A stretch of 64,000 nt of DNA. Source: an uncultured Spirochaetota bacterium (GTDB lineage: Bacteria; Spirochaetota; Spirochaetia; SZUA-6; Fen-1364). Both the position numbers and the translations under genes were made by a program. Positions 41,992 to 52,204 of the stretch are shown here, piece by piece; within the stretch, counting starts at the first letter, position 1; each line of letters begins with the position of its first letter. Below the pieces are notes generated by a model, which was given only the letters and a program-made list of their open reading frames with translations, ran no database searches and was not told the DNA's origin. The DNA is taken from positions 32,001 to 96,000 of the forward strand of contig CAWJSK010000002.1 in assembly GCA_963845535.1 (NCBI GenBank). The letters are read 5' to 3'.

Positions 41992-43174
41992 TTCACGGGA
42001 GGACAAAATCCGCGCAATGCAGGAGAAAGGGACGATCACGGAGGAGCAGGCGAACGAGCTGATTGCCGCCCTTCGTGAAGAGCCGCGGGAAGAGATCCAT
42101 GAGGAGGCCCGTGAAGGGGCCCCGGGGGATCGCCATGAAAATCGCCACAGCCATCGTCGGCGCGATTGGGACTGGGACTGGAACTGGAACGGCGCAACAC
42201 ACGCCCATGACTCGAAATATGACCCGCGCTCAGGCGCCTACGAATACAGGTACCACTACCGCTGGGACCCGAAGTGGTGGGGTGGAGAGAACGCGCAGAA
42301 CTTCTCCCGCGTCGAGCAGCCGCAGGGGGAGAGCTTCGAGTTCAAGGACAACCGTGTCACGTTCAGCAAGATCAGGGACCTGCGGCTTGTACGTTCAAAG
42401 GTGAATGACAACACCTTTTCCGCTTCTTCGGTGCATGACGTGGACCTGACGGACAGTGAGATGATCAACAACTCCCTGGCCGGGGCATCGTTCCAGGACC
42501 TGCGCATGGAGAAGGCTGAGATGAAGGGGAACTCACTGGCAGGCACCAAGCTCCATAACATGTCCATTCGCGGAGACTCCGCCTTGCGCAGCTCGGACCT
42601 TTCCGGGTCGAGCATCTCCGACATCTCGCTGCTCGCGGGGAGCGCCATTGAGGACACTCGGCTTTCCGGTGCGGTCCTGCACGACGTGTCCCTCGACAAC
42701 GGGTCGAAAATCTCAGGCAGCGGGCTGAGCGGATCAAAGCTCTCTGACGTGACTCTTGCATCGTCCCAGATCAGAAACACGGAGATGTCAGGGAGCGTTT
42801 TGCAGAAGGTGAGCTTCCAGCGGTCCGAGCTGACCGACTGCACCTTCACGGGAGTGCGTTTTCACAAGTGCGACATCCAGGGAGCCAAGATTGAAGGATC
42901 ACGCATCAAGGCAGTTGGCTTTGATGACCTTCAGATCCAGGACAGCGTGATGAAGAACGTCGAGATCCGCGGAGATTTCGACCATTTTCGCAGGCAGGCT
43001 CAAGAGCTAACCATCCGTGATGCAACCCTGGAGAACGTGGTCTTCGTGAACTGCACGCTCAGGGGGACGACGATCAAAGGGATCACAGCAACCAACCTTC
43101 GCATTGAAGGGAAAGATCTTTCAGGTATGACGATCGATAATCTCGAAGCGCTGCAGGGACTTGGAAAGAGCTGA
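41984..43174 (+). CDS. Pentapeptide-repeat protein with N-terminal SHOCT-like helix
   Basis: IRAMQEKGTITEEQANELIAAL, then long runs of 5-residue periodic L/F-S-G-x-x repeats. Confidence 0.7.
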   Translation: MGDSREDKIRAMQEKGTITEEQANELIAALREEPREEIHEEAREGAPGDRHENRHSHRRRDWDWDWNWNGATHAHDSKYDPRSGAYEYRYHYRWDPKWWGGENAQNFSRVEQPQGESFEFKDNRVTFSKIRDLRLVRSKVNDNTFSASSVHDVDLTDSEMINNSLAGASFQDLRMEKAEMKGNSLAGTKLHNMSIRGDSALRSSDLSGSSISDISLLAGSAIEDTRLSGAVLHDVSLDNGSKISGSGLSGSKLSDVTLASSQIRNTEMSGSVLQKVSFQRSELTDCTFTGVRFHKCDIQGAKIEGSRIKAVGFDDLQIQDSVMKNVEIRGDFDHFRRQAQELTIRDATLENVVFVNCTLRGTTIKGITATNLRIEGKDLSGMTIDNLEALQGLGKS

Positions 43175-43250
43175 GATAAGTCGATGTAAGCCTGGGATCG
43201 AAATCAAGATTCTGAACAACTCACCCCTGATGGGGAGAAGGAGATATCGC

Positions 43251-44219
43251 ATGGCGATCATCAGTGTTCGAGGTTTGAGAAAAACCTACAAATCAAAGGG
43301 GAAGAAGAAGGGCGGCCTTGTAGAGGCGGTCAAAGGGATTGACCTGACCGTCCAGAAAGGCGAGATATTCGGTTTCCTCGGGCCAAACGGCGCGGGGAAG
43401 AGCACCACGTTGAAGATGCTTTCAACGCTCCTGGCGCCGGACGGAGGCGAAGCGACGATTGCAGGGTTCGACCTGCTGGCGCATCCGGCCAAGGTCAGGC
43501 GCCAGATCGGCTACGTGAGCCAGGCGGGAGGAGCGGACGGCTCGGCCACGGGCCGGGAAGACCTGATGCTCCAGGCCCAGCTTTTCGGACTGTCGAACGA
43601 CAAGGCAAAGCATCGGGCGGATGAGCTGATCAAAGCGCTGGAGCTGGAGCCCTTCGTCGACAGGTTCTCCCGAACGTACTCAGGCGGACAGCGTAGAAAG
43701 CTCGACATCGCGCTGGGCATGGTGCACCAGCCTACAGTGCTCTTCCTGGATGAGCCCACGACGGGGCTTGACCCAGTGAGCCGCGCGCAGCTTTGGAACC
43801 AGATCAGGCTGCTTCGAAGCCAGGGGACCACGATCTTCCTGACCACGCATTACATGGATGAGGCGGACGCGCTGTGCGAAAGGATCGCAATCATCGACAA
43901 GGGCCTGATTGTCGCGGAAGACACCCCCATCGGGCTGAAGCGGGGAATCTCCGGCGACATCCTCTCCCTCACCGTCAACCACGTGGAAAATGCGGCAGAG
44001 GTTTCTCAGGACGCCCTTCGAGAGCTTGATTTCGTCCGCGAGATGACAGCGGATGGGGCCAACCTCAAGCTTGTGGTGACTCACGGTGGAGAAGCCATCC
44101 CCGTTGTGCTTCGGCTCCTGGAAAGCCGGGGCGTGGGAGTGGCGGACATCTCTCTCTCCCGGCCGAGCCTTGATGACGTGTTTCTTCGCATGACCGGCCA
44201 TTCCCTTGCAAAGGAGTAA
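43251..44219 (+). CDS. ABC-2 exporter ATP-binding protein (DrrA-like)
   Basis: GPNGAGKST, YSGGQRRKL, LDEPT, SRPSLDDVF. Confidence 0.93.
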   Translation: MAIISVRGLRKTYKSKGKKKGGLVEAVKGIDLTVQKGEIFGFLGPNGAGKSTTLKMLSTLLAPDGGEATIAGFDLLAHPAKVRRQIGYVSQAGGADGSATGREDLMLQAQLFGLSNDKAKHRADELIKALELEPFVDRFSRTYSGGQRRKLDIALGMVHQPTVLFLDEPTTGLDPVSRAQLWNQIRLLRSQGTTIFLTTHYMDEADALCERIAIIDKGLIVAEDTPIGLKRGISGDILSLTVNHVENAAEVSQDALRELDFVREMTADGANLKLVVTHGGEAIPVVLRLLESRGVGVADISLSRPSLDDVFLRMTGHSLAKE

Positions 44220-44223
44220 TGCA

Positions 44224-44991
44224 ATGAGATTTTGGAAGGAGTTGCAGGCTTCTTTTCGTCCGCGGCCGTTCATGGATCGCTTCGTAATCCGATCTGGTTG
44301 TTCCTGGGGCTGTTCCAGCCGGCGCTGTATCTTCTCCTGTTCGCTCCGCTCCTGCAGGGCCTGGGAAACGTTCCCGGGGTTCTCCGACCGGCGGCGCGTA
44401 CGCGGTCTTCACGCCGGGCCTTCTCGTAATGATCGCGCTTTTCGGGACCGCGTACGCGGGTTTCGGCCTCGTTGACCAGATCAGGTCAGGCGTTGTCGAA
44501 CGGCTCCTGGTAACTCCGGCCAGCCGCATGGCAATCCTCCTGGGCTACGTGGCGACGGGACGTCGTGGTGCTGCTCGATGCAGTCGTGCGTCATCATCGC
44601 CATCGCGGTGCCCATGGGGCTCAGCGTGAGTCTTCCCGGCCTGCTCGTGACGTTCGCCATGATGGTGCTGACCGGCACCCTGATGGCTTCCTGCTCATAC
44701 GCTCTGGCTCTGCTGTTGAAACGTGAGGATACTCTCGCGTCCGTTCTCAACACGGTGGCAACCCCGCTTCTCCTGCTGTCCGGGATCACGCTGCCGCTCA
44801 CACTCGCGCCGAAGATCATCCGCTCTATCGCCTCGGTGAACCCGTTTGCGTATGAGGTCACCGCCTCGCGGTCCCTGTTCCTGGGCAACTTCGCCGACTC
44901 CGCCATTACCGTGGGGTTGGTCTTCCTTGGCGGCCTGGCCCTCCTGGCGTTCATCTGGGCCGCGCGATCCTTCCGCAAGGGAACCGCGTAA
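44224..44991 (+). CDS. ABC-2 permease (DrrB-like), several frameshifts
   Basis: LRNPIWLFLGLFQP, GVVERLLVTPASR, PLLLLSGITLP, NPFAY. Confidence 0.85.
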
Positions 44992-45005
44992 GAGGAGGAC
45001 GTGAC

Positions 45006-45707
45006 ATGAACGTAATCGAGCTTCGAGGCGTGAAGAAAGATTACCCGCTAGGTGCCACGACGGTGCACGCGCTGCGCGGAGTGGACCTGGCCATCAGGGA
45101 AGGGGACTTCATCTCCATCGTAGGCCCCTCGGGAAGCGGCAAGACGACGCTGTTGAACATCATCGGGTGCATCGACCATGCCTCCGAAGGGGTGGTGAGG
45201 ATCCATGAGGAAGACGTGACGACCTACACGGACCGAAGGCTCACGGACCTTAGGCTTCACACCATCGGATTCATATTCCAGACCTTCAACCTGATCCCGG
45301 TGCTGACCACGCGGGAGAACGTGGAGTTCCCGCTTTTGTTGATGAAGGAAGGTTTGTCCCGCAAGGAGATCCGCGAACGCGCGGAGAAGCTCATCGAGGA
45401 GGTGGGGCTGACGGAGCAGATCAGCCACAAGCCCTACGAGCTTTCGGGAGGACAGCGACAGCGGGTGGCCATAGCGCGCGCGCTGGTGACCCGGCCCACC
45501 ATCGTGCTTGCGGATGAGCCCACGGCGAACCTGGACTCAGAGACAGGGGAGATGATCCTGAAGCTGATGAAGGAGCTGAACAGGATCGAGAAGACCACCT
45601 TCATCTTCTCCACGCATGACGCGGACATCCTGAAATACGCCAACGGGGTGGTGAAGATCAAAGACGGATTGATGGTCGACGACGGGCGCGGCCCTGCATC
45701 CAACTGA
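45006..45707 (+). CDS. ABC ATP-binding protein (LolD/MacB type)
   Basis: GPSGSGKT, LSGGQRQRVA, LADEPTANLD. Confidence 0.93.
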   Translation: MNVIELRGVKKDYPLGATTVHALRGVDLAIREGDFISIVGPSGSGKTTLLNIIGCIDHASEGVVRIHEEDVTTYTDRRLTDLRLHTIGFIFQTFNLIPVLTTRENVEFPLLLMKEGLSRKEIRERAEKLIEEVGLTEQISHKPYELSGGQRQRVAIARALVTRPTIVLADEPTANLDSETGEMILKLMKELNRIEKTTFIFSTHDADILKYANGVVKIKDGLMVDDGRGPASN

Positions 45708-45720
45708 AAGGCAGGACCAG

Positions 45721-47232
45721 ATGCTGACACTGAAGATAGCGTGGAGGAGCCTGCTGCGGCACAAGGCCAAGAGTCTCGTGATCGGGGTGATCCTGTTCCT
45801 GGGGGCCTTCATCATGACGCTGGGGGATGCCACGGCAATCGGGATGAGGCGGGGAATCGAAGAGAACCTTGTGAAAAGCTTCACGGGCAACGTGGTGCTG
45901 GTGAGTAGCGAGGAGACAAAGGACAACGTGCTTTTTACCCCGATGACCAAGCCTTTGAAGATCCTGAAGGACTATGACCAGGTGCGTTCCGTGCTCCAGC
46001 AGCAAAGCTACGTGAAGGATTTCCTGCCGATGACGCGTGGAGGAGTTTCGGTGCTGGGCGGGCAGGAAATGAACTTCATGATGACCTTCGGCTGCAACTT
46101 CGACGACTTCCAGCAGGTGTTTGGCAACCCCATCAAGCCCGTGGAAGGGCACCTCCTGCACAACGGGGAGCATGGGATCATGCTGAACGTGCAGGGCAGG
46201 GAGGACCAGTACAAGTCGCAAGGCTACTGGCTGGTGCCGGAAGGCACGCAACTGGATAAGGCCAACCTGAGCGATGAAGCAAAGAAGGAAATCGATCTGG
46301 AGACAAGAAGCTCCCTCGCCCTGGAAGGCTTCGGAGAGGTGAACTCCACGAACATGGACGTGCCCGTTGCGGGGGTGATGAGGTTCAAAGGCATGAACAC
46401 GCTGTTCGAGCAGGTAACGATCATGGACATCGAGACGTATCGGCAGCTCTTCGGCTACTACACGGCGGAAGACGTCGTGTCAAAGCTCCCCCCGCGGGAA
46501 AGCGCGCTTCTGTCCGCAGGGGAGGACTCGCTGTTCGGGGGCGGAGACATCTACTCCACGGGGAAGGCCAGCGCCAACGTGACCCAGCTGGAGAAGGAAC
46601 TGCGGACGCCTGTGACCGTGACGCACAAGATCAACTTCGACGAGGCCGCGTACAACTACGTCTCCGTGCTCCTGAAGCCGGGGGTCAGCACGGACTCCGC
46701 GGTGGCGAAGCTGAAGAAAGTGATGAAAGACAACAACCTGCCGGTGAAAGTGCTGAGCTGGGAAAAGGCCTCAGGGCAGGTGGCCTCTACGGCGGACGTC
46801 CTTCAAACCATCATTTACGTTTTCGTGATTCTCCTGTTCTTCGTGGCCATCATCATCATCATGAACACCCTGAGCATGAACGCGCTGGAGCGCACGGAGG
46901 AGTTCGGGATGATGAGGGCAGTGGGGGCGCAAAAGGACTTCGTCACGAAGATGTTCCTGGCGGAAACGTTCTCCCTGTCATTCGTGTTCGGAGGGGCGGG
47001 GATCCTGGTGGGAGTGATTGGGACGTGGATTGTCCGGGGGCTTCACATCGTCTCCGCGGGGAATCGAATCTTCGAGCTCATCTTCGGCGGGGAAATCTTC
47101 CGGCCGACGCTGGGGTTCGTTGGGCTGGTAGTGGGGATCATCGGGCTTGCGGCCGTGACGGTTTTTGCGGTGCTGTACCCGGTGCGGGTGGCTCGGAGGA
47201 TCACTCCTCTTGATGCCATCAACAGACACTAA
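45721..47232 (+). CDS. FtsX-like ABC permease
   Basis: KIAWRSLLRH, ERTEEFGMMRAVG, YPVRVARRITPLDAI. Confidence 0.9.
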   Translation: MLTLKIAWRSLLRHKAKSLVIGVILFLGAFIMTLGDATAIGMRRGIEENLVKSFTGNVVLVSSEETKDNVLFTPMTKPLKILKDYDQVRSVLQQQSYVKDFLPMTRGGVSVLGGQEMNFMMTFGCNFDDFQQVFGNPIKPVEGHLLHNGEHGIMLNVQGREDQYKSQGYWLVPEGTQLDKANLSDEAKKEIDLETRSSLALEGFGEVNSTNMDVPVAGVMRFKGMNTLFEQVTIMDIETYRQLFGYYTAEDVVSKLPPRESALLSAGEDSLFGGGDIYSTGKASANVTQLEKELRTPVTVTHKINFDEAAYNYVSVLLKPGVSTDSAVAKLKKVMKDNNLPVKVLSWEKASGQVASTADVLQTIIYVFVILLFFVAIIIIMNTLSMNALERTEEFGMMRAVGAQKDFVTKMFLAETFSLSFVFGGAGILVGVIGTWIVRGLHIVSAGNRIFELIFGGEIFRPTLGFVGLVVGIIGLAAVTVFAVLYPVRVARRITPLDAINRH

Positions 47233-47254
47233 TGGTAGGAATCGAGGAAAGAAC

Positions 47255-47431
47255 ATGACGAAAACCGCCAAGACTCGGACCGCAAAACAGCGGAGTATCG
47301 GCTCTCTTGCCGCCAGGGCGTGCCGCGGCCTCTCCTGGGGCGTGGGAACGGCGATTTTCACCTGCTTCCTCGAGGTGATTGATTCCTTCATGGACGGTCT
47401 TACCGACGTCCTGTTCACTGATGAGACATGA
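47255..47431 (+). CDS. 58-aa ORF resembling the N-terminus of the next FtsX permease
   Basis: SFMDGLTDVLF versus SFTNGLTDILF in the downstream gene; preceded by a GAGGA RBS. Confidence 0.4.
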   Translation: MTKTAKTRTAKQRSIGSLAARACRGLSWGVGTAIFTCFLEVIDSFMDGLTDVLFTDET

Positions 47432-47439
47432 GAGGGGAT

Positions 47440-49219
47440 ATGGGTACTTTGATATCACGCGCGCGGAGCGCTCGCGTCATTGCCTCTATTGCGTTTCGAA
47501 ATCTCGTGCGGCAGTTCCGGCGCAACATGCTCCTGGGGATCGGGATCACCGTCAGCATGTGCATCCTGGTGGTCACCGCATCATTCACGAACGGCCTCAC
47601 GGACATCCTGTTCAACCACGTGCTGATCTACTGGACAGGGCACATACGGGTGATCGAAGACTCCTATGTCACCCGGCGCAGCGACATCATTCGGGAGAAG
47701 GCCAGGTTCATTGAAACGATCAGAAAGACCGTGCCGGGAATCAAGCAGATCGACGAGGTGACCACCACGTACGCCCGCGCCATCGGCAACGGCCGCACCG
47801 CTCTCGTGGCCCTCCTAGGAATGCCGAAAGACCGCACGGACTTCTTCACGCAGGCTCAGCTTTCGTCCGGCAACCCGAGGGACATCTTCAAGCCCGACGT
47901 ATTTCCCGCGATCCTGCTCTACCGAAATACGGCGCAAGACCTCAACGTGGGGATGAACGACATCGTCACCATGCGCTTCGACACAATCTACGGCCAGTCG
48001 CAGGCGCCCAAGTTCAAGGTGGTGGGCATCATCCCTTCGCAAAACGTTTTCCAGGACACGGGCGTTTTCATCGACATGGCAACGCTCAAGGGCTTGTTGA
48101 ACATGAAGCCGGATGAGACGCAGGCGCTGAACATCGTCACCACCTATCCCGAGGATGAGAAACGGATTGCGGCCGTGGCGGATGCGCTGCGCTCCGCGCT
48201 CACTCCCGAGGCGGCAGGCGTAAAGGCGACATTCACCGCTGGAGACAGGAAGGTAGCGGCGGACGCGTTTGCGCTGAGGCTGGACGATCCCGCAGCCAGC
48301 CAGGTCGCGACGAAAAAGCCTTCACTTCGTGAAAGGAGACCTTGGGTCCCTCGCACAAACCAAGGACGGAATCATTCTCACGGAGCCGCTGGCGACGCAG
48401 CTCGGCGCCACGGTGGGCACACACGTGAGCTACAGCTACATACCGAAGAGCGGCACGGACGGTGCGAACACCGTGGCCAGGGACCTCGTTGTGACGGGGG
48501 TAGTGAAGTCCATCTCCCCGTTCGCGGATGCCACGGCTTTCGCCAACCCGCAGGTCTTCTACCAGACCTTCTACTGGAACATCCCGCGTCAGCCCGCCAC
48601 GGTGGCGCATGACGCCGCTCTCTTCAATGCGCTATTGCCGGAGTGGGACGTCATGGCCAATAGCCCCACCAGCGACTCTCTCACGAAAAAGAACCAGCTT
48701 CTGGACCGCCAGTCGTGGAAAGGCGCGAAGGTGGACGTTCAGACCATGTTTGCTCTTGCCAGTTTCGTAGTCGATTTTCAGAAGGGCCTCAATTCCGTGT
48801 CCTTCGTGGCGGTGCTCGTGCTGTTCTTCGTGATCCTCATTGGTGTGGTGAATACCATGAGGATGAGCATCCGGGAACGCACGCGGGAAATCGGCACCAA
48901 CCGGGCCATCGGGATGCAGCGCGGGGACGTGCGGAGCGTGTTCGTGCTGGAGATCGTGTTCCTGGCAATCCTGTCCTGCGTGATCGGGATCCTCCTGGCA
49001 TACGGACTGATGGGGATCCTTGGCCAGATCAATTTCAATTTGAAGGACAATCCGTTCGGCATGTTCTTCCTGAACCAGCACATGCATTACGTGCCGACCG
49101 CCGCTTCCATTGGGGGAAACCTCGCCACGATCGTGCTGGTGGCCTTTCTGATAGCATTCTTCACGGCCCGGCGCGCGGCAAAGATGAGAGTTGCTGATGC
49201 GCTTCGCCACTACGAATAG
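47440..49219 (+). CDS. FtsX-like ABC permease (frameshift near 48320)
   Basis: SIAFRNLVRQFRR, RERTREIGTNRAIG, RRAAKMRVADALRH. Confidence 0.88.
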
Positions 49220-49228
49220 GAGAGATCG

Positions 49229-50002
49229 ATGAAGGGAATCACAGTTACACTTGCGCTCGCAGTCACGCTCGCAGCGGCCCCCGCCCTCTGGGCCAACCCC
49301 TCGGTGGGCGAGATCATCGACGAGGTGGACACCCACTTGCAGCTGAAAAGCGACATGACCGCGCAGGCGCGCATCACAACGAGGGACCCCGAGCAGGGCA
49401 CGAAGGTCATCGACAGCGTGTACTACAGGCGCGACAGTGACGACGCGTTCCTCATCGTCATCGCCTCTCCCGAGAGCGACCGAGGCAACGGGTACATGAG
49501 GGTTGGGGACAACCTGTGGATGTACAAGCGGGCCACGAGGACCTTCACGCACATCGGCCGTGATGAGAAGATCGGCGGGTCCAACGCGAGCGCCGGGGAC
49601 ATGGAGACGCGCAAGTTCAAGGACCTGTACAAGCCTTCGCTTGACGCCTCCGGGAAGGAGATCATTTCCGAGGAGATGCTGGCGGGCAAGATCCCCGTGT
49701 ACCGTGTGGAGGTGGTGGCGAAGGTCAACGACGTGAAGTACCCGAAGCTGGTGATGTGGGTCACTCGGGACAAGTACCTGGAGCTGAAGCGGGAATGCTA
49801 CAGCCTGTCGGGGACGCTGATGGAGACAGACCTGTACACCAACTACAAGGACGTGGACGGGCGCTACGTGCCGCTTCTGATGAAGTTCACTGATGAGGTG
49901 GAGAAGGGGAACATGTCGGTGCTGGAGATCACGGGGATCAACTTCTCCAAGGTGGATGACTACAAGTTCGACAAGTCGTATCTGGAAAGCCTGAGCAAGT
50001 AA
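49229..50002 (+). CDS. LolA-like outer-membrane lipoprotein-sorting protein
   Basis: Signal peptide; SPESDRGNGYM..GDNLWMY; standard partner of FtsX-type ABC operons. Confidence 0.8.
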   Translation: MKGITVTLALAVTLAAAPALWANPSVGEIIDEVDTHLQLKSDMTAQARITTRDPEQGTKVIDSVYYRRDSDDAFLIVIASPESDRGNGYMRVGDNLWMYKRATRTFTHIGRDEKIGGSNASAGDMETRKFKDLYKPSLDASGKEIISEEMLAGKIPVYRVEVVAKVNDVKYPKLVMWVTRDKYLELKRECYSLSGTLMETDLYTNYKDVDGRYVPLLMKFTDEVEKGNMSVLEITGINFSKVDDYKFDKSYLESLSK

Positions 50003-50056
50003 GCGGCGGGCCAGCTCGCGACGCGCGCTCGCCGCGCGGCCCCCCGAGACATAACG

Positions 50057-50101
50057 AAAACGGCGAAAGTGGAAAGTCGTTTGCCACTTTCGCCGTTTTT
50101 T
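50057..50101. terminator. Bidirectional intrinsic terminator
   Basis: aaaacggcgaaagtgg-loop-ccactttcgccgtttttt between convergent genes. Confidence 0.8.
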
Positions 50102-50161
50102 ATAGGCACGCTGATAGCGCTGATGGGGGCGCGGCCCCCGGGGCAGACCGGCAAAGACCCT

Positions 50162-51592
50162 CTATGCCGCTGCTCCGCTGGAAGACTCCATGCGCGGCCT
50201 TGCCTCGCGGTCCTCGGGTTGCGCCCTGAATGCCAGCACCGAAGCCAGCGTGCCGACCTGGGCGGCAACCATCACGACAAGCACCAGTCTCATCGCGGAA
50301 AGCCCCAACGCGCCTTGCAGGCTCGGGCTCCAGATGATGGTGGCGACCGTCGGACCAAGAGCAAAGCCGAGGAACCGGCCCGTGTTGAGGATTCCGCCGC
50401 CGACTCCCAGATGGTCACGCGGGGTCGCCGCCATGATGGCGACATTGCTGGGCGGGATGTAGAAGCCGAAGCCCAGGCCGATGACTGCAAGGCGGACGGC
50501 GACATCCGCCATGCTCCAGCTTCCGCTCAGGGGCAGACAGAGGATCACGCCGAGGAGGGCCATGCCCGCTCCGAGGGCAGCGGGAAGCTGCGGGCGGAAC
50601 CGGTCAGAGAGCCTCCCCCCTACCTGGGAAGCCGTGGCGATCCCGAGAGGAAGGAAGAGGAGGGTCAGGCCGGCTTTCTCAGGCCCCATGCGCAGCGTGT
50701 TTTCCAGGAAGAACGGAAGGATGAAGCCGAGCCCAGACGCGCTGAGCGTGCTCATCATGAGACCCGCAAGCGGTATGGAAAAGTTGCTGCGCCTCACCAG
50801 GGAAAGCGGCAGAAGAGGGTTTCTGGCCCGGCGTTCGATCATGGCGAACACGGCCACTGCGGCAAGACAGCCTGCAAGGAGCATCGTGTCGATAATAGTC
50901 AGCCTTCCGTTCGAGGGAGAAAGACCGAGGATCAGAAATACGAGGGAGGCGGTGAAAAGGGCCGCTCCCCATCCGTCGAATGCCTGGATGCGCTTCGTGG
51001 AGTCCGCGGGCAGAAGCCGGGCAATGAGGATGAAGGAAATGACGCCGAAAGGAACGTTGATATAGAAAATGGCCGGCCAGCTGAATGCCCCGATGAGCAG
51101 TCCTCCGACGCTGGGCCCCACAACGCCTCCCAGCGGCACGATCAAGGCGATGATCGCCATTGCCCGGCCTCTCTCCTCAGGGGCGAAGTTGGCGGTGGCG
51201 ATGGCGAGTATCGCGGACCCCAGGCACGCCCCGCCGAGTCCCTGGATGATGCGGTAGAAGACAATCTGGACGAGGGACTGCGCGGTCCCGCACAGGACGC
51301 TGCCTGCCACGAACAGCACGACTCCAATGAGGGTGATTCTCTTTCGGCCAATCACGTCCGAAAGGGCGCCGAATGCTCCGAGAAGCGCCGTTGTAGGAAG
51401 GATGTAGCTCAGCACGACCCAGCGCACATCAGCGCTCACGTGGAACGTGCGGGCCATGATGGGAAGCGCGACGTTGACGACGTTCGAGTCAAGGGCCGCC
51501 ATGAAAACGGCGAGGGACGCGCCGGCAAGCCCCCACCATCGGAAGCGATGCTCTCTGCTGGAGGAAATAAGGATATCGGAAGGGCCTGGCAT
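50162..51592 (-). CDS. MFS transporter (DHA2 type)
   Basis: FMAALDSNVVNVALP, GALSDVIGRKR, WPAIFYINVP. Confidence 0.92.
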   Translation of the reverse strand: MPGPSDILISSSREHRFRWWGLAGASLAVFMAALDSNVVNVALPIMARTFHVSADVRWVVLSYILPTTALLGAFGALSDVIGRKRITLIGVVLFVAGSVLCGTAQSLVQIVFYRIIQGLGGACLGSAILAIATANFAPEERGRAMAIIALIVPLGGVVGPSVGGLLIGAFSWPAIFYINVPFGVISFILIARLLPADSTKRIQAFDGWGAALFTASLVFLILGLSPSNGRLTIIDTMLLAGCLAAVAVFAMIERRARNPLLPLSLVRRSNFSIPLAGLMMSTLSASGLGFILPFFLENTLRMGPEKAGLTLLFLPLGIATASQVGGRLSDRFRPQLPAALGAGMALLGVILCLPLSGSWSMADVAVRLAVIGLGFGFYIPPSNVAIMAATPRDHLGVGGGILNTGRFLGFALGPTVATIIWSPSLQGALGLSAMRLVLVVMVAAQVGTLASVLAFRAQPEDREARPRMESSSGAAA

Positions 51593-51617
51593 CCGAGATG
51601 CCTCCTCTCATGCTTTA

Positions 51618-51670
51618 TACTTAGAGTTCTAAGTAAAAGGCTCGGAATTGATCTGTCAATTTACTTAGAG
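51618..51670. promoter_or_regulatory. Palindromic operator, probably for MarR, upstream of the MFS gene
   Basis: tacttaga-gt-tctaagta at 51618-51635, a second half-site tacttagag at about 51662, and minus-strand TTGACA between them. Confidence 0.6.
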
Positions 51671-51701
51671 GTCGAACTATGAGTCAAGGAGAATTTTGGG
51701 C

Positions 51702-52166
51702 CTATTTCAGGCTTTCCACGAGGGTACGGAGGAGGCACTTCAGGGATTCGCGCTCGGCGTCCGTGAGGGCAGCGGCCATCCGCCGCTCAACGGGCTCGGT
51801 GGCCTTGCGCAGGCTTTCAATCCGGTGCCGTCCCTTGAGCGTGAGGTACAGCCGCTTCACGCGGGCGTCCATCTCCGAGCGCTCCCGCTTGATCCACCCC
51901 TTGCGCTCCATGCCGTTCACGAGGCTGGTGAGGCTGGGAGGCTCCACCGCCATGTGCTCCACGAGCTCCGTGTGCGTCAGGCCGGGCATGTGATAGAGGA
52001 CGCCGAGGGCCTGCCACTGAGTGGTGGTGACGCCCGCCTTCCGAACCGAAGCGTCCATCTCCCGCCGCATTGCGATATAGGCAAGCTTCACCAGGTGCCC
52101 GACCGTGCCGCCGTGCTTCTCCCAGGGGACCTGGGTCGTCCGTTGATCATGTGTAAGAGCGCCCAT
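51702..52166 (-). CDS. MarR-family regulator
   Basis: TTTQWQAL...LTSLVNGMERKGWIKR...DARVKRLYLTLKG. Confidence 0.9.
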   Translation of the reverse strand: MGALTHDQRTTQVPWEKHGGTVGHLVKLAYIAMRREMDASVRKAGVTTTQWQALGVLYHMPGLTHTELVEHMAVEPPSLTSLVNGMERKGWIKRERSEMDARVKRLYLTLKGRHRIESLRKATEPVERRMAAALTDAERESLKCLLRTLVESLK

Positions 52167-52204
52167 ATCTATTGATGAAAGCCTAATAGCGGCGGGGCGC
52201 GCAG

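Noticed and set aside
41300..42000. Integron integrase next to the array start
   Set aside because: No tyrosine-recombinase motifs in any listed ORF; the gene there is DUF2089.
50069..51682. Long antisense or shadow ORFs (537 aa here, 746 aa opposite ppc, 452 aa opposite gltB and others)
   Set aside because: Expected in high-GC DNA opposite real genes; no recognisable motifs.
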